Shown: positions 1 through 10,493, counted from the first letter of the whole stretch. The stretch is 61,713 nt of DNA, filler included, from 8 parts of 8 records of this genome joined end to end with filler, not necessarily neighbours in it, one strand, 5' to 3'. The notes: generated by a model from the letters alone, not told the origin. Numbers and translations are program-made.

Positions 1-33
1 TACCTCTCCTGCCCCCACGATAATTATTCTCAA
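1..33 (-). CDS. trkA: Trk K+ uptake NAD-binding subunit, first 11 codons only (cut by window edge)
   Basis: The minus strand reads TTG-RIIIVGAGEV after a CAGGAG RBS. This is nearly identical to the N-terminus of the complete TrkA at 26643-28010 (MKAIIVGAGEV). Confidence 0.7.
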   Translation of the reverse strand, partial: MRIIIVGAGEV

Positions 34-281
34 AATTCAACTCCTGTCATAAAGTATTGGGATTGCCAAGGACTTACACCATGGCGTCCCCGGTGTCAAT
101 CCTTGGGAGGGTTTTGCAGGGGACCGGCTTCAGGAGATTTTGACTTGAACGATTTGTTATGCGCAGACTTTAAGGACAGAGTTAATAATTTCTATATTTT
201 TGTGAATAAAAAATGCCATGACTATGAACTTTACTTCATAACCATGGCATCCATACAAAACAAATTTTACCGAATCAGGAA

Positions 282-1229
282 TCAGACCGGCGGCTTTTCA
301 ACCACCTCCTGATTTTCAATGGTTTCCGATTTTTCAACCGATTTTCGTTTTTTAACCGGACGGGCATTATCATCCCCGTTAAAACCTTCGTCCCCATCAC
401 GCACTTCAAACCGCTGGCGAATCTTCTCAAGGGAGATCAGCTCCCCTTTCCTTGCAGAGGGCGTGAGATAGGACTTCAGCTTACGCTCCAGCATCCTTGG
501 ATGGAGATCCCCTGCAATGGCGATCACCCCTTCAGTGATAATCTTTTTGAGCATGAGTTCGTGAACGGTTCTCTCCCGGATGTTGGCAGCAAAGGGCAGG
601 AAAAAGAAGTTGGCCAGGACAATGCCGTAGAGGGTGGAGGTCAGGGCAATGGGAACGGTTGACATTATAACGGCAGAGTTTCCGACCCCGGCCAGCATGC
701 CGATCAGCCCCACAACACTTCCCACAAGCCCGAAGGCGGGCGCCACGTCGGCCATGGTCTGGAGCACCCGGGTGGTCTCATCCCGCCGCATCCTGAAAAA
801 ATACATTTCCGCATTGAGGACCTCCCGTATCTGACCCTGATTGTAACCATCCACCATGAACCCGAGTGCCTGGCGCAGAAACACAACCGTGGTCTCTTCC
901 TCATCCCGCTGCAAAGACAAAAGCCCCTTCAGCCTGCGTTTCACAGAGAGATCCACCAGGATTTCAACAATTTCGTCCGGGGTTCTAAGTTCCTTGCAGT
1001 AGGCAGCGTACAACACCTTGGAAAGAATTATCAGTCGTTCCATTTTATAACTAAGCAGGGTTGCCCCAAAGGTCCCGCCGATAACGATGATGAAACCGGA
1101 CAGGTTCAAATAGAGCGCTGTATGTCCGTGAATGACAAACCCCATACAAAAAAGTGCGATGCAGAGCACCAAGCCCAGGATATTTTTCCTGCCATGGACC
1201 CAAAATGGCCGTGTTTTATGCTCATCCAT
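282..1229 (-). CDS. motA: MotA/PomA-family proton-channel (stator A-like) protein
   Basis: Two N-terminal TM helices with IIVIGGTFGA, then GLLSL, APAFGLVGSVVGLIGML and ALTSTLYGIVLANFFFLP. This is the MotA/PomA TM3-TM4 signature. Confidence 0.85.
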   Translation of the reverse strand: MDEHKTRPFWVHGRKNILGLVLCIALFCMGFVIHGHTALYLNLSGFIIVIGGTFGATLLSYKMERLIILSKVLYAAYCKELRTPDEIVEILVDLSVKRRLKGLLSLQRDEEETTVVFLRQALGFMVDGYNQGQIREVLNAEMYFFRMRRDETTRVLQTMADVAPAFGLVGSVVGLIGMLAGVGNSAVIMSTVPIALTSTLYGIVLANFFFLPFAANIRERTVHELMLKKIITEGVIAIAGDLHPRMLERKLKSYLTPSARKGELISLEKIRQRFEVRDGDEGFNGDDNARPVKKRKSVEKSETIENQEVVEKPPV

Positions 1230-1231
1230 TG

Positions 1232-2038
1232 TTAACCGTCCTGTTTTTTTGATTGGGACCCAACGCCGGCTACCGGTGGTACATAGGGCCTCTCTTTCAT
1301 TAAAATGATCTCAACCCTTCGGTTGAGAGAACGATTGTAAGCCGTGGTATTGGGCATCAAAGGCTGCAGCGAGGCATGACCGGACACAAAGAACCGCTCT
1401 TCAGGCAATCCAACGTTCCAGATCAGATACCTTGCGACCCTGCACGCCCTTGCCGTTGATAGCTCCCAGTTCGTGGGGTAACGTTTCGAATGGTTGGGCA
1501 TACTGTCGGTATGCCCGATCACATTGACAACATATGAATTTTCCTGGAGAATCTTACCGATCTGGTTGAGGCGCCATCTGGCTTCGGGTTTCAGGTCGGC
1601 CTTTCCCACATCAAAGAACAGGTCTCCGGCAAGGGAGATCCTGACAGCCCTGTCCTTTATAAGGTCCACCTCGGCGCCCTCCACAAACTCATCCAGAATG
1701 GCCTGGCGTGTCAGGTTGTATATCTCCGACGGCCTGGCATGGGGATTTACCGCAATGATCCTCCCGGAATCCGGCTCAGAAACGGTATTGGCGCCGGGCC
1801 CCGGGCCAAATCGGAGTTCCCTGTTTCCGGCCTGGTACACATAAAGCACCACAAAGAAGATGAACATGGTCATCATGAGATCCGACCAGGACACCGACCA
1901 GAGATGGCCCCTCCCCGTACTGGGATGGTTTATCGCATCGGCGGCTAACGGGTCAAAGCCCGGTTCGGAAAACGACTCAAAAGCCCCTTCCTCCTGAAGC
2001 CCCCACAGGTTATTTACGCTGTGTCCTTTTTTTCCCAT
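1232..2038 (-). CDS. motB: MotB-like protein (single TM with Asp plus OmpA-like peptidoglycan-binding domain)
   Basis: TM motif WSVSWSDLMMTMFIFFVVLY, followed by the OmpA_C motifs GHTDS, NWELSTARA and NRRVEI. Start placed at the ATG at 2038 (GGAGAG RBS); the ORF extends to 2107. Confidence 0.85.
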   Translation of the reverse strand: MGKKGHSVNNLWGLQEEGAFESFSEPGFDPLAADAINHPSTGRGHLWSVSWSDLMMTMFIFFVVLYVYQAGNRELRFGPGPGANTVSEPDSGRIIAVNPHARPSEIYNLTRQAILDEFVEGAEVDLIKDRAVRISLAGDLFFDVGKADLKPEARWRLNQIGKILQENSYVVNVIGHTDSMPNHSKRYPTNWELSTARACRVARYLIWNVGLPEERFFVSGHASLQPLMPNTTAYNRSLNRRVEIILMKERPYVPPVAGVGSQSKKQDG

Positions 2039-2097
2039 CGCTCTCTCCAACACCCAATTAAATTTGCAAGAACTGGTACCAGTCGGAAATATATCTT

Positions 2098-2125
2098 TCA
2101 TCGACAACCGCCCCCTACCCCTTTA
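2098..2125 (-). promoter_or_regulatory. Putative sigma-28 (FliA)-type promoter for motB-motA
   Basis: The minus strand reads TAAA-N16-GTCGATGA, about 60 bp upstream of the motB ATG. The consensus is TAAA-N15/16-GCCGATAA. Confidence 0.45.
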
Positions 2126-2246
2126 GCGATTCAAGAGATATTCCACAGAAATAAACATTTACAATTTCATGTACTTTTTATTCCATACGCAATCAGGGAA
2201 GCAATAACCATTCCAGTCATCACAAGGACGGCCGCCTAAATCAGCC

Positions 2247-3332
2247 TCACGCCATGCTCTCTTTCACCGCCTGAACGATCTCCTCCTGATCCTCTTTTTG
2301 CAGAAAGGGATGCATGGGCAGACTGACGACCCGTTTTGCCACCGACTCGGTAACCGGCAGCGGCGCCATATCAGCCTTCAAGGCCGGCTGGTCATAGAGA
2401 GGCACCGGATAGTGAACCGCCGTTGGAATCCCTTTGACTTGCAGGCTTTCCCGCAGCCCGTCCCTGTTGCCTGCAAGCAGGGTATACTGGGCATACACCG
2501 ACGTGCATAAGGGATGAACAAGAGGCGCAACCACATCCACATCTGCCAGAAGTGCTGTATACCGTTCACCAACCTCCTGCCGCAGCTCAACCTCCTCCTG
2601 AAAAAAATCGAGTTTTGCCAGAAGCACGGCCGCCTGTATGGTATCAAGCCGGCCGTTTATCCCGATCCGTTCATGGCGATATCGCTCCTTCTGGCCATGA
2701 ACGCGGATGCTTTTCATGGCTGCCGCAAGTTCCTCATCATCGGTGAAACACGCGCCGCCGTCACCATAGCAGCCAAGGGGTTTTGAAGGAAAAAACGAGG
2801 TACACCCAATGGTCGAAAGGCCACAGGAGCGTCTCCCATCATAGGTGGCCCCAAAACTCTGGGCAGCATCCTCAACCACGGGGATCCCATGCCTTTCCGC
2901 CACCCGGTTGATGGCGTTAAAATCAGCACACTGGCCAAACAGGCTCACCGGAATGATCGCCTTTGTGCGATCGGTGATGGCATCCGCCACACACCCTGGA
3001 TCCATGTTGTAAGTTTCAGGATCGATATCCACAAATACGGGGGTCGCACCCAGGAGAACAATGGTTTCTCCAGTGGCAAAGAACGAGAATGCAGAGGTGA
3101 TCACTTCATCACCCGGTCCCACCCCAAGGGCCATCAAGGCAACCAGCAAGGCATCGGTCCCGCTTGAAACACCAATACAATGACCACCCCCCACGTAATC
3201 GGCCAGCCGCTCTTCAAGCTCTCCGATCTCCCCACCCATGATATACCGGCCATGGTCAAGCACCGTCTGGATCCTGCTGTCTATTTCACGCTTATACCGT
3301 GCATACTGGGTTTTCAAATCGACAAATTCCAT
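2247..3332 (-). CDS. wbpE: DegT/DnrJ/EryC1/StrS aminotransferase (UDP-3-oxo-GlcNAcA aminotransferase)
   Basis: Motifs SSGTDAL, EDAAQSFGA and SFFPSKPLGCYGDGG (PLP lysine). Lies in an operon with wbpB and wbpD. Confidence 0.88.
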   Translation of the reverse strand: MEFVDLKTQYARYKREIDSRIQTVLDHGRYIMGGEIGELEERLADYVGGGHCIGVSSGTDALLVALMALGVGPGDEVITSAFSFFATGETIVLLGATPVFVDIDPETYNMDPGCVADAITDRTKAIIPVSLFGQCADFNAINRVAERHGIPVVEDAAQSFGATYDGRRSCGLSTIGCTSFFPSKPLGCYGDGGACFTDDEELAAAMKSIRVHGQKERYRHERIGINGRLDTIQAAVLLAKLDFFQEEVELRQEVGERYTALLADVDVVAPLVHPLCTSVYAQYTLLAGNRDGLRESLQVKGIPTAVHYPVPLYDQPALKADMAPLPVTESVAKRVVSLPMHPFLQKEDQEEIVQAVKESMA

Positions 3333-3341
3333 TATGAATCC

Positions 3342-3926
3342 TTACGCCTCCTCTGTTATGGTAATCCTTCCCTCTTTAAGAGTGTACACCTCGCCCGTAT
3401 GGGGACAGGTACACTGCCCCTCCCCTGCCACGGGCAGCTCCAGTCGCTCACCATACCGGCTCATCCACCCTTTTTGCGTGGCCGGCACCCCTGCCACCAG
3501 GGCATAGGGCAAGACGTCCTCCCGGACCACCGCCCCTGCAGCGACAAAGGCGTATTCCCCGATGGTCACTCCGCAGACAATGGTACAGTTTGCCCCAAGC
3601 GTCGCATGGTGCCGTACCAGGGTATCTCGGTACTCATCCTTTCTTGAGATAGCCGAACGGGGGTTGTACACATTGGTAAATGTCATGCTGGGGCCGCAGA
3701 ACACATACTCCTCGAGAATCACATTGTCATAGACTGAGACATTGTTCTGGATCTTCACCCCGTCCCCAATGACGGCCCTGGCCCCCACAAAGACATTCTG
3801 GCCCAGGGAACACCCCTCCCCCACTCGGGCACCGGCACACACATGGACCCAATGCCAGATCCGGGTATCCCTGCCCACCATGGCCCCCTCATCGACAATG
3901 GCCGTATCATGAACCGTATAATCCAT
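3342..3926 (-). CDS. wbpD: Hexapeptide-repeat N-acetyltransferase
   Basis: Motifs [26 protein letters not shown] and [16 protein letters not shown] are typical of WbpD/WlbB. Confidence 0.9.
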   Translation of the reverse strand: MDYTVHDTAIVDEGAMVGRDTRIWHWVHVCAGARVGEGCSLGQNVFVGARAVIGDGVKIQNNVSVYDNVILEEYVFCGPSMTFTNVYNPRSAISRKDEYRDTLVRHHATLGANCTIVCGVTIGEYAFVAAGAVVREDVLPYALVAGVPATQKGWMSRYGERLELPVAGEGQCTCPHTGEVYTLKEGRITITEEA

Positions 3927-3929
3927 GGA

Positions 3930-4886
3930 TCACCTCTTCAGGAACGGATGTCTGCGGTCTCCGGGCCTGTCCACCGGCGGGGAATGACGCAGCTGATGCA
4001 CCAATATAATCGAGTCCCGGGCCTTTCCCAGGGCAAACCCGTTTCCGGCAAGAATCTCCTTATAAGACAGGGTGTGCAAGTCGGTAAACCCGCCCGAAAA
4101 CTCCACCTCGTCCCCATCCACGGCAATGGACCGGAAGGTGGGCCGGGATTCGACCTTGACCGCATCGGGAAGATCCTCCCGGTCCACGGACAAAAACCAC
4201 CGGACATTGGCCCGTTCAAGTTCGAGATACCCCGCCATCTTCTTCCCCTCGGAGAGGTGAACCTCGCTGTGGCGGACAGCGCCAAAAATCCAGATGAGCA
4301 TGTCAAAAAAGTGGACACCGATGTTAGTGGCAATGCCGCCGGACTTGCTCAGATCCCCCTTCCACGAATGAAAATACCATCTTCCCCTGGAGGTGATATA
4401 GGTCAGATCGATATCATGCTTTTTATCCGCCGGCGCCCCATCCATCTTCTCCTTGAGCGCGATGATGGCGGGATGAAGCCGCAACTGAAGAATGTTGTAT
4501 ATCCGCCTTCCGGACTCTTTTTCCATCGCTGCCAGGGCATCGAAGTTCCAGGGATTCAGCACCAGCGGTTTTTCACAGATGGCATCCGCCCCGATGCGCA
4601 GGGCAAACCGGATATGGGAGTCGTGCAGATAATTAGGTGAACAGATACTCACATAATGTAGACGTTTCTCTTCGCCCTGGCGTTTCAATTTTTCGGCATG
4701 ACGGTCAAACCGCTCAAACTCGGTGAAAAAAGCGACATCATAGGAGTATGAGTCCAGCACCCCCACTGAATCCGATTTATCCAGTGCGGCAACCAGACGG
4801 TTCCCGGTCTCCTTCACCGCCCTCATATGCCTTGGGGCCACATAACCGGCCGCACCGATGATGGCAAAATTCTTCTGTTCTGACAT
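3930..4886 (-). CDS. wbpB: Gfo/Idh/MocA oxidoreductase (UDP-GlcNAcA 3-dehydrogenase)
   Basis: Motifs GAAGYVAPRH, ICSPNYLHDSH, CEKPLV and GGIATNIGVHFFD are typical of WbpB/WlbA. Confidence 0.9.
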   Translation of the reverse strand: MSEQKNFAIIGAAGYVAPRHMRAVKETGNRLVAALDKSDSVGVLDSYSYDVAFFTEFERFDRHAEKLKRQGEEKRLHYVSICSPNYLHDSHIRFALRIGADAICEKPLVLNPWNFDALAAMEKESGRRIYNILQLRLHPAIIALKEKMDGAPADKKHDIDLTYITSRGRWYFHSWKGDLSKSGGIATNIGVHFFDMLIWIFGAVRHSEVHLSEGKKMAGYLELERANVRWFLSVDREDLPDAVKVESRPTFRSIAVDGDEVEFSGGFTDLHTLSYKEILAGNGFALGKARDSIILVHQLRHSPPVDRPGDRRHPFLKR

Positions 4887-5171
4887 AAAGGACCAGTCCT
4901 TTCGTTATCTCTATTTCATTGAAGCATTACACTTTTACCCCCCAATTTCCGATGACACTCTTTGCAGGGGCCGGACAATTGTGAGAGGGTAGCCATCTGG
5001 TTATGAAAACAGACTATATTTTTTCATCCCCACAAACGGCACATAATTTGCGTATATTTCGAAATTGCCGGTCCCCACTGAGTAATCAGCCAGAACCGGC
5101 AATTGTAAAGACAGGGGGCGGAAAATTTTTCCGGGTCATACGAATTATTAATGGGTACTGGACCATATTCC

Positions 5172-5541
5172 ATGAGCAAAAGCAAGAAAAAGAGAAACGC
5201 ACGAAAAAAAGAGCTAAAAATTTCGGCCTGCTTGATGGTAAAAAACGAAGAAGAGATGCTGGAACGATGCCTTGCAAGCGTCAACCACCTTGTGGATGAA
5301 ATCATCGTGGTTGATACAGGCTCCACGGACCGGACCATTGAAATTGCAACAGCATTTGGCGCCAAAATATTCCATCACCCTTGGGAACAGGACTTCAGCA
5401 AGCATAGAAACCAATCCATCAGCTATGCAACAGGCGACTGGTTTATCATCATCGATGCGGACGAAGAAATGGATGCCCGTCATCTGACAAAAAAAGACCT
5501 GAAGAAACATCTCAGGCAAATATCTCCACAGGTGCACTGCC
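5172..5541 (+). CDS. Family 2 glycosyltransferase, N-terminal part (cut at contig end)
   Basis: Motifs ISACLMVKNEE, VDTGSTDRT, DFSKHRN and IIDADE. Confidence 0.85.
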
Positions 5542-5641
5542 NNNNNNNNNNNNNNNNNNNNNNNNNNNNNNNNNNNNNNNNNNNNTTAATTAATTAANNN
5601 NNNNNNNNNNNNNNNNNNNNNNNNNNNNNNNNNNNNNNNNN
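5542..5641. other. Artificial contig linker
   Basis: N44-TTAATTAATTAA-N44 gives stops in all six frames, and base composition changes abruptly across it. Confidence 0.98.
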
Positions 5642-5702
5642 TAAGAAACTAATTAAAATTTATATAGTATATTATAGCATCGAAATAGAAGTAAGCAAAT
5701 AT

Positions 5703-7649
5703 TTATTCCTCTATATCAATCTCCACACGTTTACGACCATTTCTTTTAGCTTGATACAAGAGTTTATCAGCTTCCTTAAGATATTCATCTACGTTATGGT
5801 GTTTAGACTGCATACTAATTAAAACAGCTCCTGCACTAAATGAAAGGGGAAAGCCGAATTTTTTATTTATATGCTCAGTGATATCTTTATTTATTTTATC
5901 TAATATTTTTTTTGCTTTTGAAATATCTATATTTTTAAAGATTATGACATACTCTTCTCCACCAAAACGATATAATGTTTCTGATTTACGTATATTAGTA
6001 GTAATGAAGTTCCCAAACTCTTTCAGAACCTTGTCCCCCATATCATGACCATAGGTATCATTAACAATTTTAAATTTGTCTAAATCTATCATGGCTAAAA
6101 CACAACTATTGTTTTTATTATAGCATTTAGCACTATTCAACAAATCTTCAAAATCATTTTTGAATTTTCTTCTATTTGGCAAATTAGTCAATGCATCATA
6201 GTATGCTAATTTTTGCAGTTCGTTCTCTCTAATATATTCATCACTAATATCCCTTATTATATATAACTCAGATACAACTCCATGATATAGCATAGTTTGA
6301 ATATTAATTTTAAAGAAGTACTCTCTATTATCTAAATTTTTAAATGAATATATATCTTTTCCCAAATGTTTAAAATAGATATTTGGATCATTAAAGATAT
6401 CTAGTATTCTATTTTTTAAAACTTTGGAGAGAACTAAATTACCATATAAGATTTCGCCTGTATTTGATACTATATATACACCTTCATTTGTTAATTGCAA
6501 TAAATGCTCAAAAACAATATCTTCTTGCTTTAATATTTCTTTTTGAAGTTTCAAACCATTTCGGATAAATAAATATGATATAAATGCTATCAAAATAAGC
6601 AGAAATATAATAATCACTGCATCTTTAAAATGGTCATCTACAAACTTGTCAGTATACTCATTTATTTCACCTACTGCATCTACTGTATGGAATCCCATAC
6701 CTATATATACTTGCCATTTATCTATCTTATGTACATAGGCGATTTTTTCACTTACAAGATTTGAATTCTTTTTCTTTATCTCATATGATACAAATCCATT
6801 TCCAGTTTTTAACTTTTCTATTATAATATTATGTGCTTTTTTAATCTCTTCATTATCAAGAGAATCTACTTTTTTCCCAACATAACTTTTCTCAGCATGT
6901 ACTTTGACAGTTCCGTCTAAGCCAAGTATATATACATAGTTATCTTTAGCTTCATAATAACTTTGAATTCGTTCATAAGCTTCAATTTTAAGACTGTTTA
7001 AAATATCCTCTTCATAAGTTCCGGTACCGATTATAAAGTCGAACTCAGGAATATAAAGACAATAAGAAGTCTTTTTTAATGTTTCACCATTTTTTTCTTT
7101 TGGCCAATTATAAGAAACAAACACTCCATCAGGATAGTCAATTGCCTTAGCTATCTCTCTAGCAAAATAAATCCCTTTACTATCTGTAGTATTCCAGAAG
7201 TTAATATTTTCTAATCTGTCATCTGTTGCTGATTTTAGAATATTTCCTTTTGAATCTTGTATGAAATATAATTGATTTGCGTCTGCTCTAGTCAAAAATT
7301 CAAATTCCTGTATTGCAAGTTTTTGTCTCTCCTGTAAATTTCCAACTTTTACTATTTCAGAAGAGTTTAGAAGTTTAGAAATATTCGTAATTTTTGTTTT
7401 AGCTTCTTCGTTTGCATCACTTAGTAATTGGTCCAGAGAATGATCTATTTCGTCTAAACGATTTAAAACTTCAACTTTTACGACCCCTTTAAATTTTTCT
7501 TTAAGGAATTTGTCAAATTGCTCTGCCGCTTCATTTGAATGTTTTACACCTGAGAAGTAAATGAAAAGAGCTAGGAATAAAAAAGATAGAGCTCCAAACA
7601 TTATTAAGTTAAACCAGTTTTTATTGAATTTCAAATATACTCTTTTCAT
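5703..7649 (-). CDS. Membrane diguanylate cyclase with extracellular Cache domains
   Basis: Two TMs flank tandem Cache-like repeats (VSYNWPK...KTSY and VSYEIKK...KIAY). C-terminal DALTNLPNRR, DLDKFKIVNDTYGH and RFGGEEY. Confidence 0.88.
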   Translation of the reverse strand: MKRVYLKFNKNWFNLIMFGALSFLFLALFIYFSGVKHSNEAAEQFDKFLKEKFKGVVKVEVLNRLDEIDHSLDQLLSDANEEAKTKITNISKLLNSSEIVKVGNLQERQKLAIQEFEFLTRADANQLYFIQDSKGNILKSATDDRLENINFWNTTDSKGIYFAREIAKAIDYPDGVFVSYNWPKEKNGETLKKTSYCLYIPEFDFIIGTGTYEEDILNSLKIEAYERIQSYYEAKDNYVYILGLDGTVKVHAEKSYVGKKVDSLDNEEIKKAHNIIIEKLKTGNGFVSYEIKKKNSNLVSEKIAYVHKIDKWQVYIGMGFHTVDAVGEINEYTDKFVDDHFKDAVIIIFLLILIAFISYLFIRNGLKLQKEILKQEDIVFEHLLQLTNEGVYIVSNTGEILYGNLVLSKVLKNRILDIFNDPNIYFKHLGKDIYSFKNLDNREYFFKINIQTMLYHGVVSELYIIRDISDEYIRENELQKLAYYDALTNLPNRRKFKNDFEDLLNSAKCYNKNNSCVLAMIDLDKFKIVNDTYGHDMGDKVLKEFGNFITTNIRKSETLYRFGGEEYVIIFKNIDISKAKKILDKINKDITEHINKKFGFPLSFSAGAVLISMQSKHHNVDEYLKEADKLLYQAKRNGRKRVEIDIEE

Positions 7650-7874
7650 AAACCCTACCTCCTAGCTTTTCTAATGAGCTAAATAGATCATTATATTTTA
7701 ATATGCTTACTTTAATTATACTATCAAAAAACAATTTTGAAAAGAGTATAAAGTTGGGTTTATTCCAATTAGTTATTAATTAAACTTAGAGTGCAATTAG
7801 TCAATTATTTATCATATTTATTCTACAGAGAGAACTACTTTATGTTAAAAACAACATTCAAAAAAATCAATTTT

Positions 7875-8423
7875 TTATAATTTTTTTCTCATAATTATTC
7901 CATTTTCATTTAAGTTAAAAAATTTATTAATTATATCTAACTCAGCAAAAGCATTCTCTTCATATATTTGTTTTGCTTTTTTCCACTTTTCAGAAACAAT
8001 TAATATTATAGATTTTATATTAGAAAACTCTTTTATTATTTCTTCTATAAATTTGTCAAACAAATACTTCCCATAACCTTTACCTCTATATTGAGGCAAA
8101 AGGCCCATTGAAGAGATATAAAGCTCATCTCCTTCTATATTATGAAAGTCTTTTATTGAATGATCTAAATAAAATCTGGATATTTCAACTTTCTCAGAAT
8201 AATCCCAAATTTCTGATGAGATGTATCCGATTACTTCCTTATTTAACATTAATACTTTGAAACCATTTGTAAAGAATTCTATTCTCTCTAAAAAAACTTC
8301 TTTACTTTCACATATCTCACTTTCAAAGCATGAATACTCTATCTGCATAATTGACTCGATATCAGCAAGCGTCGCATTTCGAATTGATATGTTTTCACTC
8401 TGATTAATATTTCCACTTATCAT
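7875..8423 (-). CDS. GNAT family N-acetyltransferase
   Basis: IRNATLAD start and the acetyl-CoA motif PQYRGKGYGK. Confidence 0.85.
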   Translation of the reverse strand: MISGNINQSENISIRNATLADIESIMQIEYSCFESEICESKEVFLERIEFFTNGFKVLMLNKEVIGYISSEIWDYSEKVEISRFYLDHSIKDFHNIEGDELYISSMGLLPQYRGKGYGKYLFDKFIEEIIKEFSNIKSIILIVSEKWKKAKQIYEENAFAELDIINKFFNLNENGIIMRKKL

Positions 8424-9024
8424 AATGTAGTCTTTCTTCTAATCTGAAATCTTTTTGCTTGGGAATAATGCAATTATCAGCTTTATAGCCAAAAGGAATA
8501 ATCGCAGCAACTTCTAATTCACTAGGGATGTTCAATATGTTTTTCACGCTTTTAGTATTTTTGGGAATAAAAGTCACTCCAAACACTTCATTCTCAGCTA
8601 ATGATAATAATATATTTTCAATACAACACCATATAGAAGCGAAACAATTTAAATCATAAACTTTGGAACTATTCTCAATGGAGGTCTTGGGTTTATAAAC
8701 CATAACTAAAAGCTCAGGAGCTGATAAAATCATCTGCTTTTGCTTTGGTATTGCATCTAAATACATCTCTTTTGCGGTTTCATCATGCTTATCAAATTGT
8801 TCAACCAATTCTAATGAAAGCTTATCAATCATCTCTTCCGTTCCGGTTAGGGCCTTTCTCACTTCAATATCGTTTATTAATACAAAGTCCCAATTTCTTA
8901 AATGATCATAACTTGGAGCTTTTACTCCCGCCTCAAGAGCTTCAATAATTATATTTTGTGGGATTTTTTTTGCGTCAAAATCTCTTATGGTTCTTCTCCT
9001 ATTTACTACATCTTTAAAATCCAT
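8404..9024 (-). CDS. Nitroreductase family protein
   Basis: Motifs RRRTIRDF, KAPSYDHLRNWDF and ENILLSL. Confidence 0.88.
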   Translation of the reverse strand: MDFKDVVNRRRTIRDFDAKKIPQNIIIEALEAGVKAPSYDHLRNWDFVLINDIEVRKALTGTEEMIDKLSLELVEQFDKHDETAKEMYLDAIPKQKQMILSAPELLVMVYKPKTSIENSSKVYDLNCFASIWCCIENILLSLAENEVFGVTFIPKNTKSVKNILNIPSELEVAAIIPFGYKADNCIIPKQKDFRLEERLHYDKWKY

Positions 9025-9038
9025 ATATTCCCTCCCTA

Positions 9039-9983
9039 TTAACTATTAAGTACTCGTTCAATCTCAGTCATTCTGCCTAAACCGAATTCTGGTTTTTCTT
9101 CATAATACCATTTATATGCTAGTTTTAAACCCTCCACAAGTGATATTTCAGGTATATGTAAACAATCATTTTCCAGTTTGCTTGTGTTTAATCTAGTTGT
9201 TACATCTCTAAAAGGAAAAAAGCTCTTAGACTCTAAGGCTAGTTCGTCACAGTTGACCTCTTTTACCTCTAATGGTTTATCAAGCGCTTCACTTGCATTT
9301 TTACATAATAGTTTCCAAGTAATCTCGTCAGGATTAGTTAAATTATAAGCATTTCCTATTGCACGATCATTATCAATAACACTTTCAAATGTTTTAGCTA
9401 AATCTTCAATATGAATAAATTGAGCTATATTTTTACTCTTAGGAATAGGAGTTAGCAAGCTATTTTCTATTCTATCAAACAGGTAACTCTCTCTATAGAG
9501 GTTATTGCCCTCTCCGTATATATATGTTGGTCTAAAAATTGTAAATGGAAAATTCTGAGTTTTATTTATTTCAAACAAATAGTCTTCAGCAAGCTTTTTA
9601 TTTAATCCGTAGTCTCCCCAATGATTATTTTGTCCTCTGGGATAATCTTCATTTATAATATCATTTGTTTCTTTATAAACAGAGGCTGAACTACAGAGTA
9701 TAAAATTTTTAAGTTTAGTTTTATCCAACACTGAAAGTAAGATCTCAACATCTTCTTTTGTATATGCCGAAATATCATATACGTAATTATATTGTTTTCC
9801 ATTTAGTTGAGATTTTAAATCTTCATTTGATCTTCTATCTCCCTTTAAATGATCTGCATAACCTTCGTAATCAATTCCCCTTAAACCACGTGTAAAAATA
9901 TCAACCTCATATCCCTTTGATATCAAATGTTTTGCTACATAACTACTTACAAATTGAGTACCGCCCATTACAAGTATTTTCAT
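9039..9983 (-). CDS. NAD-dependent epimerase/dehydratase (atypical SDR)
   Basis: Motifs GGTQFVS, YGLNK (YxxxK) and RPTYIYG. Confidence 0.85.
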   Translation of the reverse strand: MKILVMGGTQFVSSYVAKHLISKGYEVDIFTRGLRGIDYEGYADHLKGDRRSNEDLKSQLNGKQYNYVYDISAYTKEDVEILLSVLDKTKLKNFILCSSASVYKETNDIINEDYPRGQNNHWGDYGLNKKLAEDYLFEINKTQNFPFTIFRPTYIYGEGNNLYRESYLFDRIENSLLTPIPKSKNIAQFIHIEDLAKTFESVIDNDRAIGNAYNLTNPDEITWKLLCKNASEALDKPLEVKEVNCDELALESKSFFPFRDVTTRLNTSKLENDCLHIPEISLVEGLKLAYKWYYEEKPEFGLGRMTEIERVLNS

Positions 9984-10022
9984 AGTATTCTCCCTTATTT
10001 TATTTTTTATTAGTTGTTTGTA

Positions 10023-10463
10023 TTAAATAAAATCTTTAAAATTTAATTCCGTTACAAGTTTTATTCCATTATCTAAGAGCAGTTGCGCAACTAATCCATT
10101 ACCTTCTATTAATCTCCCCGTAAAAGTTCCATCATAGATTTTCCCACATCCACATGATGGACTTTGTGCTTTTAAAATTGCTGTTTCAATATTTAATACT
10201 TTACATAACTCCAGCGTTTTCTTTGCACCTAACATATATGCTTCAGTGTAATCGTTTCCAAGATGATCAACGACTTTTCTTTGATTTGCATTATCTATTC
10301 TCAGCTCACACGCTTCTCTCGGTGTATCTAAACCACCCAGTATTTCAGGACAAATCGCAATAATTTTACCATTCGTCATTAATTTAACTAAATCAGCATC
10401 AGCTGCACTAGAGCCATTATATCTACAATTTATTCCTACCAGACACGAACTAACTAAATACAC
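10023..10463 (-). CDS. tudS: DUF523 / thiouracil desulfidase family Fe-S protein
   Basis: Motifs SSCLVG.NCRY.G, CPEILGGL.TPR and SPSCG. GTG start after GGGAGG. Confidence 0.8.
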   Translation of the reverse strand: MYLVSSCLVGINCRYNGSSAADADLVKLMTNGKIIAICPEILGGLDTPREACELRIDNANQRKVVDHLGNDYTEAYMLGAKKTLELCKVLNIETAILKAQSPSCGCGKIYDGTFTGRLIEGNGLVAQLLLDNGIKLVTELNFKDFI

Positions 10464-10493
10464 ATTAACCTCCCAATATATACTCAAGATAAA

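Noticed and set aside
282..2107. Zorya (ZorAB) anti-phage system
   Set aside because: The A subunit is 315 aa with MotA-like topology and no long helical tail, and there are no zorC, zorD or zorE neighbours.
5586..5597. Recurring TTAATTAATTAA as a biological repeat or CRISPR-like element
   Set aside because: It is always centred in N-runs of fixed length. It is an all-frame-stop assembly spacer.
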